64,000 bases of DNA from Escherichia coli (GTDB lineage: Bacteria; Pseudomonadota; Gammaproteobacteria; Enterobacterales; Enterobacteriaceae). Made by a program: the position numbers and the translations under genes. Positions within the stretch are counted from its first letter, which is position 1, and every line of letters starts with the position of its first letter. Shown here one piece after another: positions 1 through 13,110 of the stretch. The stretch is taken from the NCBI RefSeq assembly GCF_003334405.1, contig NZ_QOWM01000009.1. One strand, written 5' to 3'. The notes under the pieces are model-generated. The model was not told where the DNA came from. It searched no databases and was given only the letters and a program-made list of their open reading frames with translations.

Positions 1-296
1 GGCATTTTCCAGCCGGGGCCGAGGCTCCCCACCGGCGCGGGCGTTTTTGTCCGGTAACTGCTGTAGGTGCGGGAGAGGATGAACGGCAGCGGGCCGGGCA
101 GGGCGATGTCGGTTTCACCGGGAAGGACCTTTGCACCGAGCAGGGGATTGACCGGATGGCCGGACGTCACTCCGCCGGGGCACACCGAACAGGCCACGCC
201 GGTGGGGGCACCAATACGTACCCCGGCTGAACCCTGAACAATGCTACCGCCATACTGCGTCATGTCACCCTGACGCGCCGCCGGTTTTCCGCTCAT
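1..296 (-). CDS. rhsB: Rhs-family polymorphic toxin, N-terminal ~98 codons only (gene continues beyond window start)
   Basis: Reverse-complement reading from ATG at 294-296 gives MSGKPAARQGDMTQYGGSIVQGSAGVRIGAPTGV..., the conserved Rhs N-terminus; open to window edge; absent from ORF track because it has no in-window stop. Symbol from adjacency to nikR as in K-12. Confidence 0.75.
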   Translation of the reverse strand, partial: MSGKPAARQGDMTQYGGSIVQGSAGVRIGAPTGVACSVCPGGVTSGHPVNPLLGAKVLPGETDIALPGPLPFILSRTYSSYRTKTPAPVGSLGPGWKM

Positions 297-498
297 CGTA
301 AAATCCTTTTCTATTATTTTAATGACAATATCTTCATACGAAAAAGCGAAGAAAAACTTGTGGTCACAATGAATTGAAGATTTTTAGGAATATATTTAGA
401 ACGTTACAAAAGAGAAGGTTCGGATAGGGTATTTAGAGAGGAATCAGGTGTGCTAGTGGCCCTTTGTTGATCGTTCACCAAAGGACCCAATAATAGAC

Positions 499-3302
<2,804 letters not shown>

Positions 3303-3306
<4 letters not shown>

Positions 3307-4247
3307 GCGTGCGCTCCTTCATGACGACGAATGCGCGGGTCCAGCGCGGCGTTGAGCAAATCGACAATCAAATTACAGACCACAAAAACCACCACCATCA
3401 TCAGCGTAAAGCACTGGATCACCGGATAGTCACGGTTAAAAATCGCCGACACCGCATAGCGCCCGACGCCCGGCCAGGCAAAGATGTTTTCGATAATCAT
3501 CGTCCCGCCAATCAGTTCGCCGATATGCATCCCCACGGCGGTGATCATCGGCAGCGAGGCATTGCGCAGGATGTGGCGACGTTCGGTCTGTTTGTCGTTC
3601 AGGCCGCGCAGACGCGCCCAGGTGACGTGACGCTGACCGGCGACGTCCAGCATACTGGCGCGCAGTAAACGCGCGTTAATCGCCAGCGACATAAAGGCAA
3701 TGGAAACCGCAGGCAAAATGATGTGCTGCCAGCCGCCGTAACCCATCGCGGGTAGCCATTGCAGATACACCGAAAACGCCATCACCAGTAAAAACGCCAG
3801 CCAGAAGTTAGGCATCGACACGCCAAGAAACGCGATGAAACGTACGGCGAAATCCGGCAGACGGTCGCGATGGCGCGCCGCCCAGATACCGAGCGGTACG
3901 GAAGTGAGCAGAATTAATACCAGCGCCGCACCTGCAAGTTCCAGCGTGGCGGGCAGGAAGTTCAGCATATCGTCCAGTACCGGGCGTTGGCTGGCGAATG
4001 AGATACCAAAGTCAAGATGCAGCGCCTTCCACAACCAGGTGCCGTACTGGACGTACAGCGGCTGATCCAGTCCCAGCATGGTGCGGGTAGAGGCCAGCAT
4101 CTCCGGCGTCGGCGGCAGGTTAGACAGACGCAAATAATCGAGCGCCGGGTCGCCGGTACCGAGGCGCAGCATCAGAAAAATGATCACCGAGGCGGCGAGC
4201 ACCATCGGGATCAGCAGCAGAAAGCGGCGTAATACGTAACGCAACAT
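3303..4247 (-). CDS. nikB: Nickel ABC transporter permease
   Basis: 314 aa multi-TM permease; operon position between nikA and nikC. Confidence 0.9.
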
Positions 4248-5821
4248 TAAGGTTTCACCGGTTTAATCTGTTCGAACGGAATTTCGGTGGCGATCGGCGC
4301 GTAGGGGATGTTACCCAGCTCCGGTTTTGATACCACCATCATTGAGATGTAACTGATAGGCAGATAAACCGCCTCGTCATGCAGACGGGTCAGAATGTCG
4401 CGATACAGCGCCTGACGTTGCGTTTCGTCATGGGTCGCCAGCACTTCGCCGATCTCTTTATCAATCAGCGGTTTGTCGGCTAATCCTTGCTGTGCCTGGA
4501 AGTCAGCGTGTGACGGTACGCGCATTGAACTGAGGAAGGCGTGTGGATCATATGGCGCGCCCCAGGTGCGGTGGAAAATCATGCCAAAACGACCGTCGCG
4601 CTGACGAGCATAGATACTGCTCTCTTCTTCGCCAATCAGCGAGACATCTGCGCCAATCTGGCGCATATCAGCCTGAATGATTTCCGCCATCGATTTGCTT
4701 AACGCATCGGTGCCGATGAACGAAAGTTCAATGCGCAGCGGCTGACCATTTTTCTCGCGGATGTCTTTGCCCGCAGGCAGCGTCCAACCGGCTTTTTCCA
4801 GCAACGCTTTCGCTTTTTGCGGATCGTACTGGCTCGGTTTCAGGCCGAGGTTGGCGTAGGGCACAGAAGGGGCAAACAGGGTGTCGGCGACCTGCTGGGT
4901 GCCATACAACGCGTTATCAATCAGCGATTTTTTGTTTACCGCGTAATTAAGAGCTTCACGTACTGCCAGCTCGTTGGTGGGGGCTTTGGCGGTATTGAGC
5001 GCCAGCATCACGGTTTCGATCGGCTGTGACAGTTGGGTGTGGTAAGCCGGATTCTGGCTAAAGCGGGCGAAGGTATCGAGCGGTAATAACCCTTCGTTTC
5101 CGTACAGCAGGTCGATATCGCCAGTTTCAAACGCCACCGCGCGGGTAGTCGGGTCCGGGATGACGTTAAAGGTGATCTTTTTAATCGCTGGCTTTTCGCC
5201 CCAGTAGTTTTCGTTACGGACGAAGACATCGTACTGATTCAGTTTCGATTCCTGCAAAATCCACGGTCCGGTGCCAATCGGCGCTTTAATTCCGTTCATG
5301 GTTTCATGGTTTTTAAACTGCGAGGGAGCGATAAAACGGAAAGGACGGGGCAGGGCCAGTTCTTGCAGGAAAGGATAGTAGGCGCTTTTCAGGGTAATTT
5401 GCAGCTCTGTTTTACTGAGTGCTTTAACATCAACAATCTGGTTTGCCAGCTCCAGCCAGGCGTGACGTTGACGGTTATCGAGCACTGCGCGGAAGTTTTC
5501 TGCCGCCGCCTCGGCATCGAACGGTTCACCGTTGGAGAATTTCACGTCATCACGCAGGGTGAAGGTCCAGGTTTTACCATCTTCTGAATGAGTCCAGCTT
5601 TTTGCCAGCCACGGGATCACCGAACCGTCTGCCTGATATTTCACCAATGGTTCATAAACCATGCTCTGGGCGAACATCTGGTTAGGCGTGTAAAGGTGCG
5701 GGTTTAGTGGCCCGACATTCACCGGCCAGGCGGTGGTGATTTCATCTGGTGCAGCGGCATGGACGATAAAAGACGCACAAGCCAGCAGCGCAAATAGAGT
5801 GCGGCGGAGTGTGGAGAGCAT
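4247..5821 (-). CDS. nikA: Periplasmic nickel-binding protein
   Basis: 524 aa; N-terminal signal peptide [24 protein letters not shown]; family 5 solute-binding protein fold; NikR operator immediately upstream. Confidence 0.93.
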
Positions 5822-5858
5822 GGTAACCCCAATGGATTAAAATAGATGGCGGAAATAA

Positions 5859-5886
5859 GTATGACGATTTTAAGTATTCGTCATAC
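5859..5886. promoter_or_regulatory. NikR operator (GTATGA-N16-TCATAC dyad) in nikA promoter
   Basis: Exact GTATGA cgattttaagtattcg TCATAC read at 5859-5886, 38-65 bp upstream of nikA start codon. Confidence 0.8.
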
Positions 5887-5931
5887 TGATTACCTGTTCT
5901 GGATCAATAGATGGGCAGTCGGGTGGGCGGA

Positions 5932-6519
5932 TCAGTTAACTGAATCGATCCATTGCACACTGTCGGCGGTGAGCGTAAAGGGAGTAGGGGTGCAGATCGC
6001 AAGGCTTAAATTTTCAAGCTGACAATGGCTGACTGACAGCGAGGAGTGATAGGTGCTGTCTACGCTGACGATTTGCCAGGCGCTGCCGCCACGCTGTTTA
6101 ACGATGGCTTCTTTGCGCGTCCAGATGCGCCAGAACATTTCCAGTTGCTGATCAGGATGCACGGCGTCCATCTCAGCGTGTTCCCCGAGGCTGAATACGG
6201 CGTTCGCCAGCCAGCGCCAGTTGGCGCGCGGGCGAATCACTTCGATATCGCAGCCGACTTCGCCTTCATCACTCAACAGCAGGGCGATATCGTCACCGCT
6301 ATGGCTTAAGTTGAACCATAGCGGCATTTCCGGCGCAAATGCAGGTTTGCCTTGTTCGCCATAGATGATCTCCGGTAGCGGGGAAAGCGTGTGCGAAAGC
6401 AATGCACGCCCCGCCAGCCAGCGTTCGCGTCGTGGACCTTGCGGTGCTTGCTCGCGTAAACCCGGTGGCAGTGGAGCTGCGCTTAAGGTCGAAACTTTCC
6501 CCAGAACTATCCGATACAT
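5932..6519 (-). CDS. acpT: 4'-phosphopantetheinyl transferase (holo-ACP synthase family)
   Basis: 195 aa ORF; PPTase-like sequence; K-12 position between nikA and yhhT. Confidence 0.85.
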   Translation of the reverse strand: MYRIVLGKVSTLSAAPLPPGLREQAPQGPRRERWLAGRALLSHTLSPLPEIIYGEQGKPAFAPEMPLWFNLSHSGDDIALLLSDEGEVGCDIEVIRPRANWRWLANAVFSLGEHAEMDAVHPDQQLEMFWRIWTRKEAIVKQRGGSAWQIVSVDSTYHSSLSVSHCQLENLSLAICTPTPFTLTADSVQWIDSVN

Positions 6520-6573
6520 ATCAGGGCCAACGTTTAATGGAAAATGAAAGTGCGTATCGTATCACTTGTCGCC

Positions 6574-7623
6574 TCATCCCGGTAACCGACTTTTCGGTCT
6601 GCCCGGCCCCAGTAAAATCGCCAGTTTGCTACCGCCTTTGGTGGTTTCCATCCAGATTTTACACACGCTGGTTAATGGCACCGAAAGTAGCATCCCTACC
6701 GGGCCGAGCAGCCATCCCCAAATTAACAATGAAAGAAATACCACCATGGTGGACATCCCCAGGCGATGGCCCATCATCCGTGGTTCTAAAATATTGCCGA
6801 TGACCATATGGACCACTAAAAACAATGCGCCGACCAGAATACATTCGTAAACACCATTAAACAGCAGCACCTGAATCATTGGCGGTACGGCGGAAATTAC
6901 CGCGCCGATATTGGGCACGTAGTTGAGCAAAAACGCCAGTACTGCCCACATCAGCGCAAACTGCACCCCCATCAGCTCCAGCCCCAGCCAGACGATGACA
7001 CCTGTCCATAAACTGAGTAGCGTCTTCAATGCAAGATAGTGCGAAACGCCTTTAAGTGCGCGGTGTAATCCCGCGATGTGAATCTGTGGATTATTCAGCG
7101 CAAAACGCATTTTGTAAGGGACGTGGCGCACTTCAAACAGCATAAAAACTACGGTCATCACCAGCAAAAGCACGCTCGCCATTGCCCCGGAAAGCCCGGT
7201 CATTAGCGCTGTGGTGAAGGTAACCACTTTTTCCGAGTCCATCCGCTGCAGCATTCGCTCCGGCGACATATGCAAATTAAGAAAAGGCAACATCTCCTGC
7301 AATTTAAAAAGTTTGCGCGTCAGCTCCTTATTAAACTTCGGCAGCATAGAGATAAATTCGTTAAACGATGCCGCCAGTACGCCGACCAGCGCGGTTAGTG
7401 CGATCAGCATCACCACCACTACAATCGTAATGGCAACGGGGCGTTGTACTCCCCGACGAATAAACCAGGTGACGAGCGGGTTGAGGACGATGGCAAAAAA
7501 CAGCGCCAGTAACAGCTGCACAATGATATCTGCCGCTGCGTGAATGCCCGCGAGGATCACTACCAGCGAGGCCAGCTTGAGCAGAATGTGCATGCCCGTT
7601 TTATCGGGTTGAGGGGTTTCCAT
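6574..7623 (-). CDS. yhhT: Inner membrane protein, AI-2E/PerM-type transporter family
   Basis: Hydrophobic multi-TM ORF; start taken at METPQPDKTG (349 aa) rather than longest ORF (376 aa). Confidence 0.8.
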   Translation of the reverse strand: METPQPDKTGMHILLKLASLVVILAGIHAAADIIVQLLLALFFAIVLNPLVTWFIRRGVQRPVAITIVVVVMLIALTALVGVLAASFNEFISMLPKFNKELTRKLFKLQEMLPFLNLHMSPERMLQRMDSEKVVTFTTALMTGLSGAMASVLLLVMTVVFMLFEVRHVPYKMRFALNNPQIHIAGLHRALKGVSHYLALKTLLSLWTGVIVWLGLELMGVQFALMWAVLAFLLNYVPNIGAVISAVPPMIQVLLFNGVYECILVGALFLVVHMVIGNILEPRMMGHRLGMSTMVVFLSLLIWGWLLGPVGMLLSVPLTSVCKIWMETTKGGSKLAILLGPGRPKSRLPG

Positions 7624-7754
7624 TGGGGCTTCCTTGTGACTTTTTGTATTAAGTGTAGCGGGAGTCACGCCAGCAATATTCTGATTCTTACTGCTGATTT
7701 TCACGTCAGCACGTGGTAAAAATGAAACACTGTTGTAAAAATGTGGTGATCCTC

Positions 7755-8972
7755 ATGCCCGAACCCGTAGCCGAACCCGCGCTAAACGGATTGCGCCTGA
7801 ATTTGCGCATTGTCTCTATAGTCATGTTTAACTTCGCCAGCTACCTCACCATCGGGTTGCCGCTCGCTGTATTACCGGGCTATGTCCATGATGTGATGGG
7901 CTTTAGCGCCTTCTGGGCAGGATTGGTTATCAGCCTGCAATATTTCGCCACCTTGCTGAGCCGCCCTCATGCCGGACGTTACGCCGATTCGCTGGGACCC
8001 AAAAAGATTGTCGTCTTCGGTTTATGCGGCTGCTTTTTGAGCGGTCTGGGGTATCTGACGGCAGGATTAACCGCCAGTCTGCCTGTCATCAGCCTGTTAT
8101 TACTTTGCCTGGGGCGCGTCATCCTTGGGATTGGGCAAAGTTTTGCCGGAACGGGATCGACCCTATGGGGCGTTGGCGTGGTTGGCTCGCTGCATATCGG
8201 GCGGGTGATTTCGTGGAACGGCATTGTCACTTACGGGGCGATGGCGATGGGTGCGCCGTTAGGCGTCGTGTTTTATCACTGGGGCGGCTTGCAGGCGTTA
8301 GCGTTAATCATTATGGGCGTGGCGCTGGTGGCCATTTTGTTGGCGATCCCGCGTCCGACGGTAAAAGCCAGTAAAGGCAAACCGCTGCCGTTTCGCGCGG
8401 TGCTTGGGCGCGTCTGGCTGTACGGTATGGCGCTGGCACTGGCTTCCGCCGGATTTGGCGTCATCGCCACCTTTATCACGCTGTTTTATGACGCTAAAGG
8501 TTGGGACGGTGCGGCTTTCGCGCTGACGCTGTTTAGCTGTGCGTTTGTCGGTACGCGTTTGTTATTCCCTAACGGCATTAACCGTATCGGTGGCTTAAAC
8601 GTAGCGATGATTTGCTTTAGCGTTGAGATAATCGGCCTGCTACTGGTTGGCGTGGCGACTATGCCGTGGATGGCGAAAATCGGCGTCTTACTGGCGGGGG
8701 CCGGGTTTTCGCTGGTGTTCCCGGCATTGGGTGTAGTGGCGGTAAAAGCGGTTCCGCAGCAAAATCAGGGGGCGGCGCTGGCAACTTACACCGTATTTAT
8801 GGATTTATCGCTTGGCGTGACTGGACCACTGGCTGGGCTGGTGATGAGCTGGGCGGGCGTACCGGTGATTTATCTGGCGGCGGCGGGACTGGTCGCAATC
8901 GCGTTATTACTGACGTGGCGATTAAAAAAACGGCCTCCGGAACACGTCCCTGAGGCCGCCTCATCATCTTAA
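7755..8972 (+). CDS. yhhS: MFS transporter
   Basis: 12-TM-like hydrophobic ORF; start taken at MPEPVAEP (405 aa); divergent from yhhT. Confidence 0.8.
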   Translation: MPEPVAEPALNGLRLNLRIVSIVMFNFASYLTIGLPLAVLPGYVHDVMGFSAFWAGLVISLQYFATLLSRPHAGRYADSLGPKKIVVFGLCGCFLSGLGYLTAGLTASLPVISLLLLCLGRVILGIGQSFAGTGSTLWGVGVVGSLHIGRVISWNGIVTYGAMAMGAPLGVVFYHWGGLQALALIIMGVALVAILLAIPRPTVKASKGKPLPFRAVLGRVWLYGMALALASAGFGVIATFITLFYDAKGWDGAAFALTLFSCAFVGTRLLFPNGINRIGGLNVAMICFSVEIIGLLLVGVATMPWMAKIGVLLAGAGFSLVFPALGVVAVKAVPQQNQGAALATYTVFMDLSLGVTGPLAGLVMSWAGVPVIYLAAAGLVAIALLLTWRLKKRPPEHVPEAASSS

Positions 8973-8975
8973 AAC

Positions 8976-9533
8976 TTACTGAATAACCAGCGTATTAATG
9001 ATGTTTTCTGCGGTGGTCTGCGCTTTTTGCTGATCGTCAGCGGGCAGCGTAATTTGCATGGTCAGCAGTTGATTACCCACGTTACCCAGAATAACGGAAG
9101 AGTACGCCGTCTGGCCTTTCGCGGAGATAATACTGTCTAACTGCTGCATTTTGTGACCTTTCAGCTCAATGGCTTTATTGGTTACCACTTGCAGCTGCGG
9201 ATCGCGGCTACGTTGCTGATCTTCCAGACGCTTCGCCAGCACCGCCAGATCTTCTTTCGGATCATCGCCCATGATGACGATGACTGCTTTCTGCCCGGTG
9301 GCGTCGGACCAGACATGCATGTTATTGGCCTGCGTTCCCAGCTTACCGCTCTGGTCGGTCATATCCGCTGGCAGCGAGAAACTTAACTTGCCATCAAGCA
9401 GGTTGACGGGATTCCCGGTAGCGTTACTTTCCGCGACCGAACCCTGCGCCGTAGCGTTAGTGTCTTTATCATCACAGGCCGCAAGCCCCATAACCAGCAG
9501 GCCAATTCCGACATATTTAACCAGATTGCGCAT
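8976..9533 (-). CDS. dcrB: Periplasmic lipoprotein DcrB
   Basis: Start at [22 protein letters not shown] (lipobox LAAC); 185 aa. Confidence 0.85.
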
Positions 9534-9605
9534 TGACTTCTTCCTTTCGATAAACGGCCATAACGGCTCATTCATCCATCTTATCACAACTCTGATAACG
9601 AACCT

Positions 9606-10271
9606 TTAACTCGCCTGCAAAGCGTTGATTTCGGATTTATCTGCCAGTCTTTTCAACAGCATATTGAGTAATACGCCATACATTGGCAGGAAGAAAACGA
9701 TACTGATTAACACTTTGAAACAGTAATCGACCAGCGCGATTTCCATCCAGTGTTCAGCCATAAAGGCATCCGGGCTACGCCAGAAGGCAATGAAGAAAAA
9801 GGCCAGCGTGTCGCTGACGTTACCGAACAGTGTGGACGCTGTCGGTGCCAGCCACCAGCGGCGACTCTGACGCAGGCGGTTAAAAACGTGCACGTCGAGG
9901 ATTTGCCCCAGCGCGTAGGCCATGAAACTGGCGGTGGCGATACGGGCGACAAACAGGTTGAAGTGGGCGAGTGCGCCGAATCCCTGCCAGGAACCCATAT
10001 AGAATAGCGACGAGATGACGTAGGAGATTAATAACGCAGGGATCATTACCGCGAAGATAATGCGTCGGGCCAGCGGTGCGCCAAAAATACGCACGGTCAG
10101 GTCGGTAGCAAGAAAAATAAACGGAAAGCTAAACGCGCCCCAGGTGGTATGGAAACCCAAAATGGAGACGGGAAGCTGAACCAGATAGTTACTGGAGGTG
10201 ATCACCAGCAGATGAAATAACGATAACCAGAACAACGCCTTATAGCGTTGAGTTTGCGAGAAAACGTTCAT
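9606..10271 (-). CDS. yhhQ: Queuosine precursor transporter
   Basis: 221 aa multi-TM ORF; conserved position beside tusA. Confidence 0.85.
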   Translation of the reverse strand: MNVFSQTQRYKALFWLSLFHLLVITSSNYLVQLPVSILGFHTTWGAFSFPFIFLATDLTVRIFGAPLARRIIFAVMIPALLISYVISSLFYMGSWQGFGALAHFNLFVARIATASFMAYALGQILDVHVFNRLRQSRRWWLAPTASTLFGNVSDTLAFFFIAFWRSPDAFMAEHWMEIALVDYCFKVLISIVFFLPMYGVLLNMLLKRLADKSEINALQAS

Positions 10272-10491
10272 ATTGTACCTTTTTGATTAACCATTGGGGT
10301 GAGGGAACCCAATACGTACGACACGTCTGTTACCTTAACATAATAACGTGCTTACCCTTTTTTCGAGCCGCCGCATGATACTGCTTTACGTTGACAATGC
10401 AATGGTTAATTTTCACGCAATCGTTAACCTAGTTTGCTTACGGACTCACAGGGCGTAAACTAGCGCCGTTTTTTTAAGTGATGAGAAGAAA

Positions 10492-10737
10492 ATGACCGAT
10501 CTCTTTTCCAGCCCTGACCACACACTCGACGCGCTTGGCCTGCGCTGCCCGGAACCGGTGATGATGGTGCGCAAAACCGTGCGCAATATGCAGCCTGGCG
10601 AAACGTTGCTGATTATCGCCGACGATCCGGCCACTACCCGCGATATTCCTGGGTTTTGTACCTTTATGGAACACGAACTGGTTGCTAAAGAGACGGATGG
10701 ACTGCCTTATCGTTATTTGATTCGTAAAGGCGGTTGA
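10492..10737 (+). CDS. tusA: Sulfur carrier protein TusA
   Basis: 81 aa; CPxP active-site motif (LGLRCPEPV). Confidence 0.93.
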
Positions 10738-10757
10738 TAGGGGCTGATTGGCTTCGA

Positions 10758-10800
10758 TGCCGCCTTTTCCCCTCACCCTAACCCTCTCCCCAGAGGGGCG
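10758..10800. repeat. GC-rich imperfect inverted repeat between convergent tusA and zntA (likely bidirectional terminator; boxC-like)
   Basis: cccctcaccctaaccctctcccc agag gggcgagggga read directly; arms pair with one mismatch. Confidence 0.4.
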
Positions 10801-10838
10801 AGGGGACCGATCGCGCTCAATGTTGCGATCGGTTTGCC

Positions 10839-13037
10839 TTATCTCCTGCGCAACAATCTTAACGCATTCGCTGTCACCAGCACCGTCGCCCCCGTATCTG
10901 CCAGCACTGCCAGCCACAACCCGGTCATCCCTAACAGCGTGGTGACGAGGAAGATCCCTTTCAGCCCCAGCGCAATAGTGATGTTCTGGCGGATATTGGC
11001 GTGAGTGGCGCGTGCCAGTTCAATCATTTGCACCAGGCCGCGCAGGTGGTTATGGGTTAATGCTGCGTCGGCGGTTTCCAGCGCCACGTCTGTGCCGCTA
11101 CCCATTGCAATCCCGATGGCGGCAGCTTTCATCGCTGGCGCGTCGTTAATACCGTCACCGACCATCGCCAGCGGCGCATGTTGATTCAGCCCGGTCACCG
11201 CTTTGACTTTATCTTCCGGCAACAGGCCCGCTTTAAACTCCAGCCCCAGCTCCCCGGCAATTGCCGCCGCTGCGCGTGGATTATCGCCGGTGAGGATCAC
11301 CCCTTTGACGCCCAGCGCGTTCAGTTCACTGATGGCAGTTGCAGCATCGGCGCGCAGGGTATCCTGTAACGCAATGACACCAAGCACGTCATCGTTACGT
11401 ACTACCAGCACTACCGTTTGCCCGGCGCTTTCCAGTTCGTTAATTAAACCAGTAAATGCATCAGCGGGATGTTTCCCGGCAGCGCAAATCAATACGCGCT
11501 CACCGTTAACCTGCGCTTCAATGCCAGACCCGACCAGCGCCCGCTGTGATTCGGCGGTGGGAATGGCGAGTTCAGCAACCTGTGCTTCGCGTACGATGGC
11601 TTGCGCCAGTGGATGCGTCGCGCCTTGCTCGACCGCCGCCGCCAGTGTCAGCAGTTCAGATTCACTAATACCCGTTGCCGGATGAATCGCGGTAACGCGC
11701 GGTTTACCGACGGTCAGCGTACCGGTTTTATCAAACGCCACCTGAGTAACACGACCCAGCTGTTCCAGCGCCGCTCCGCCTTTAATCAACGCCCCACGAC
11801 GCGCTGCCGCCGCCAGCCCGGAGGTAATCGCCGCAGGCGTTGAGATAACTAACGCACACGGGCAGCCAATCAGCAGCAGCGTCAGCCCTTTATAAATCCA
11901 CTCCTGCCAGCTGGCGGCAAACAGCAGCGGTGGCACCAGCGTCACCAGCAGAGCGACGGCCATAATCGCGGGCGTATAGATACGGCTGAAACGGTCGATA
12001 AACCGCTCAATGGGAGCGCGACGCTCTTCGGCTTCTTCGATCAGTTTCAGAATCCGGTCAATGGCGCTGGCTCCCGGTTCTGACAGCACTTCCAACGTCA
12101 CCAGACGGTCTACGCTGGTGGCACCAGCAGGGACTTTATCGCCCGTTGCGCGCTCCACCGGAATGGATTCGCCGGTCAGGGCGCTTTCATCAAAACTGGC
12201 AAACGGTGAGAGCAGTTTACCGTCGGCAGGCAAACGCCCACCTGCGGCGACTTCAATCACATCGCCAGGGCGCAGGCTGTTAATCGCCACCTCTTCCCGC
12301 TCACCCTTACGCAGGCGCGTGGCGGTTTCTGGTTTCAGCGCCATTAACGCGCTAACGCCCTGACGCGCGCGGCTGGCGGCCCAGCCTTCCAGTCGTTCAC
12401 CAATCAAAAACAGCAGCAACACCATCGCAGCTTCAGCCGTTGCGCCAATAAACAGTGCACCAATAGCGGCTACGCTCATTAAGGTTTCAATGGCGAAGTA
12501 GCTGCCGGATTTGATCAACCGTAATGCCTGACGAGCAATCGGGTACAGCCCAACCAGCGTGGTCGCGATAAACGCCAGTTGCCCGAACGGATGATTGAAC
12601 TGCTCCAGACCCCAGCTGATTGCCATCATCACGATTAGCGTAATCAGCGGCAGATTCTCTTTCAGGCGTGATGCTTGCGGTTCTTCGGCGGCCTGTTCAT
12701 CGCGCAGGGAATAGCCTGCTTTTTGCAGCGCAGATTCAACTTGTGCACGAATGTCATTGTCGGCATCGACCACCAGTTTTTCGGTGGCGAACAACACCTG
12801 CACCTGATTCACGCCTGCAAGCTGGCGCACGGCATTTTCTACCTTGCGCGCACAGGCGGCGCAGTCCATGCCGCTGACTTTCCAGCTATAGCGGGTGCCG
12901 GAGACGTTTTCAGAGAGAGTTGGCGTGCTGGAACATGCGCCGTCGCAGCAACAGTCGTTGGCGTTCTGTACCGTGGTTAGCGGTTTGAACGCAGCAAATT
13001 GAGGGGCTTTCTTGCCGTGATTGTCAGGAGTCGACAT
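10839..13037 (-). CDS. zntA: Zn/Cd/Pb-translocating P-type ATPase
   Basis: 732 aa; N-terminal Cys-rich CCCDGAC and GMDCAACARKVE heavy-metal-associated motif; CPC in TM6 (LIGCPCALV); DKTGTLT phosphorylation motif; GDGINDAPA. Confidence 0.95.
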   Translation of the reverse strand: MSTPDNHGKKAPQFAAFKPLTTVQNANDCCCDGACSSTPTLSENVSGTRYSWKVSGMDCAACARKVENAVRQLAGVNQVQVLFATEKLVVDADNDIRAQVESALQKAGYSLRDEQAAEEPQASRLKENLPLITLIVMMAISWGLEQFNHPFGQLAFIATTLVGLYPIARQALRLIKSGSYFAIETLMSVAAIGALFIGATAEAAMVLLLFLIGERLEGWAASRARQGVSALMALKPETATRLRKGEREEVAINSLRPGDVIEVAAGGRLPADGKLLSPFASFDESALTGESIPVERATGDKVPAGATSVDRLVTLEVLSEPGASAIDRILKLIEEAEERRAPIERFIDRFSRIYTPAIMAVALLVTLVPPLLFAASWQEWIYKGLTLLLIGCPCALVISTPAAITSGLAAAARRGALIKGGAALEQLGRVTQVAFDKTGTLTVGKPRVTAIHPATGISESELLTLAAAVEQGATHPLAQAIVREAQVAELAIPTAESQRALVGSGIEAQVNGERVLICAAGKHPADAFTGLINELESAGQTVVLVVRNDDVLGVIALQDTLRADAATAISELNALGVKGVILTGDNPRAAAAIAGELGLEFKAGLLPEDKVKAVTGLNQHAPLAMVGDGINDAPAMKAAAIGIAMGSGTDVALETADAALTHNHLRGLVQMIELARATHANIRQNITIALGLKGIFLVTTLLGMTGLWLAVLADTGATVLVTANALRLLRRR

Positions 13038-13072
13038 GGCATCCTCCGGTTAAGTTTTTTCTCATTAACCGA

Positions 13073-13104
13073 AGGATACACTCTGGAGTCGACTCCAGAG
13101 TCAA
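13073..13104 (-). promoter_or_regulatory. zntA promoter with ZntR (MerR-type) operator: -35 TTGACT, 20-bp spacer, dyad ACTCTGGAGTCGACTCCAGAGT, -10 TATCCT
   Basis: Reverse complement of 13073-13104 reads TTGACTCTGGAGTCGACTCCAGAGTGTATCCT; 22-bp perfect palindrome at 13080-13101; 20-bp spacer is a MerR-family hallmark. Confidence 0.85.
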
Positions 13105-13110
13105 GTTTTA

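Noticed and set aside
10474-10917. 147-aa ORF on minus strand spanning tusA and the tusA-zntA spacer
   Set aside because: Overlaps the well-supported tusA on the opposite strand and the GC-rich inverted repeat; no coding signal.
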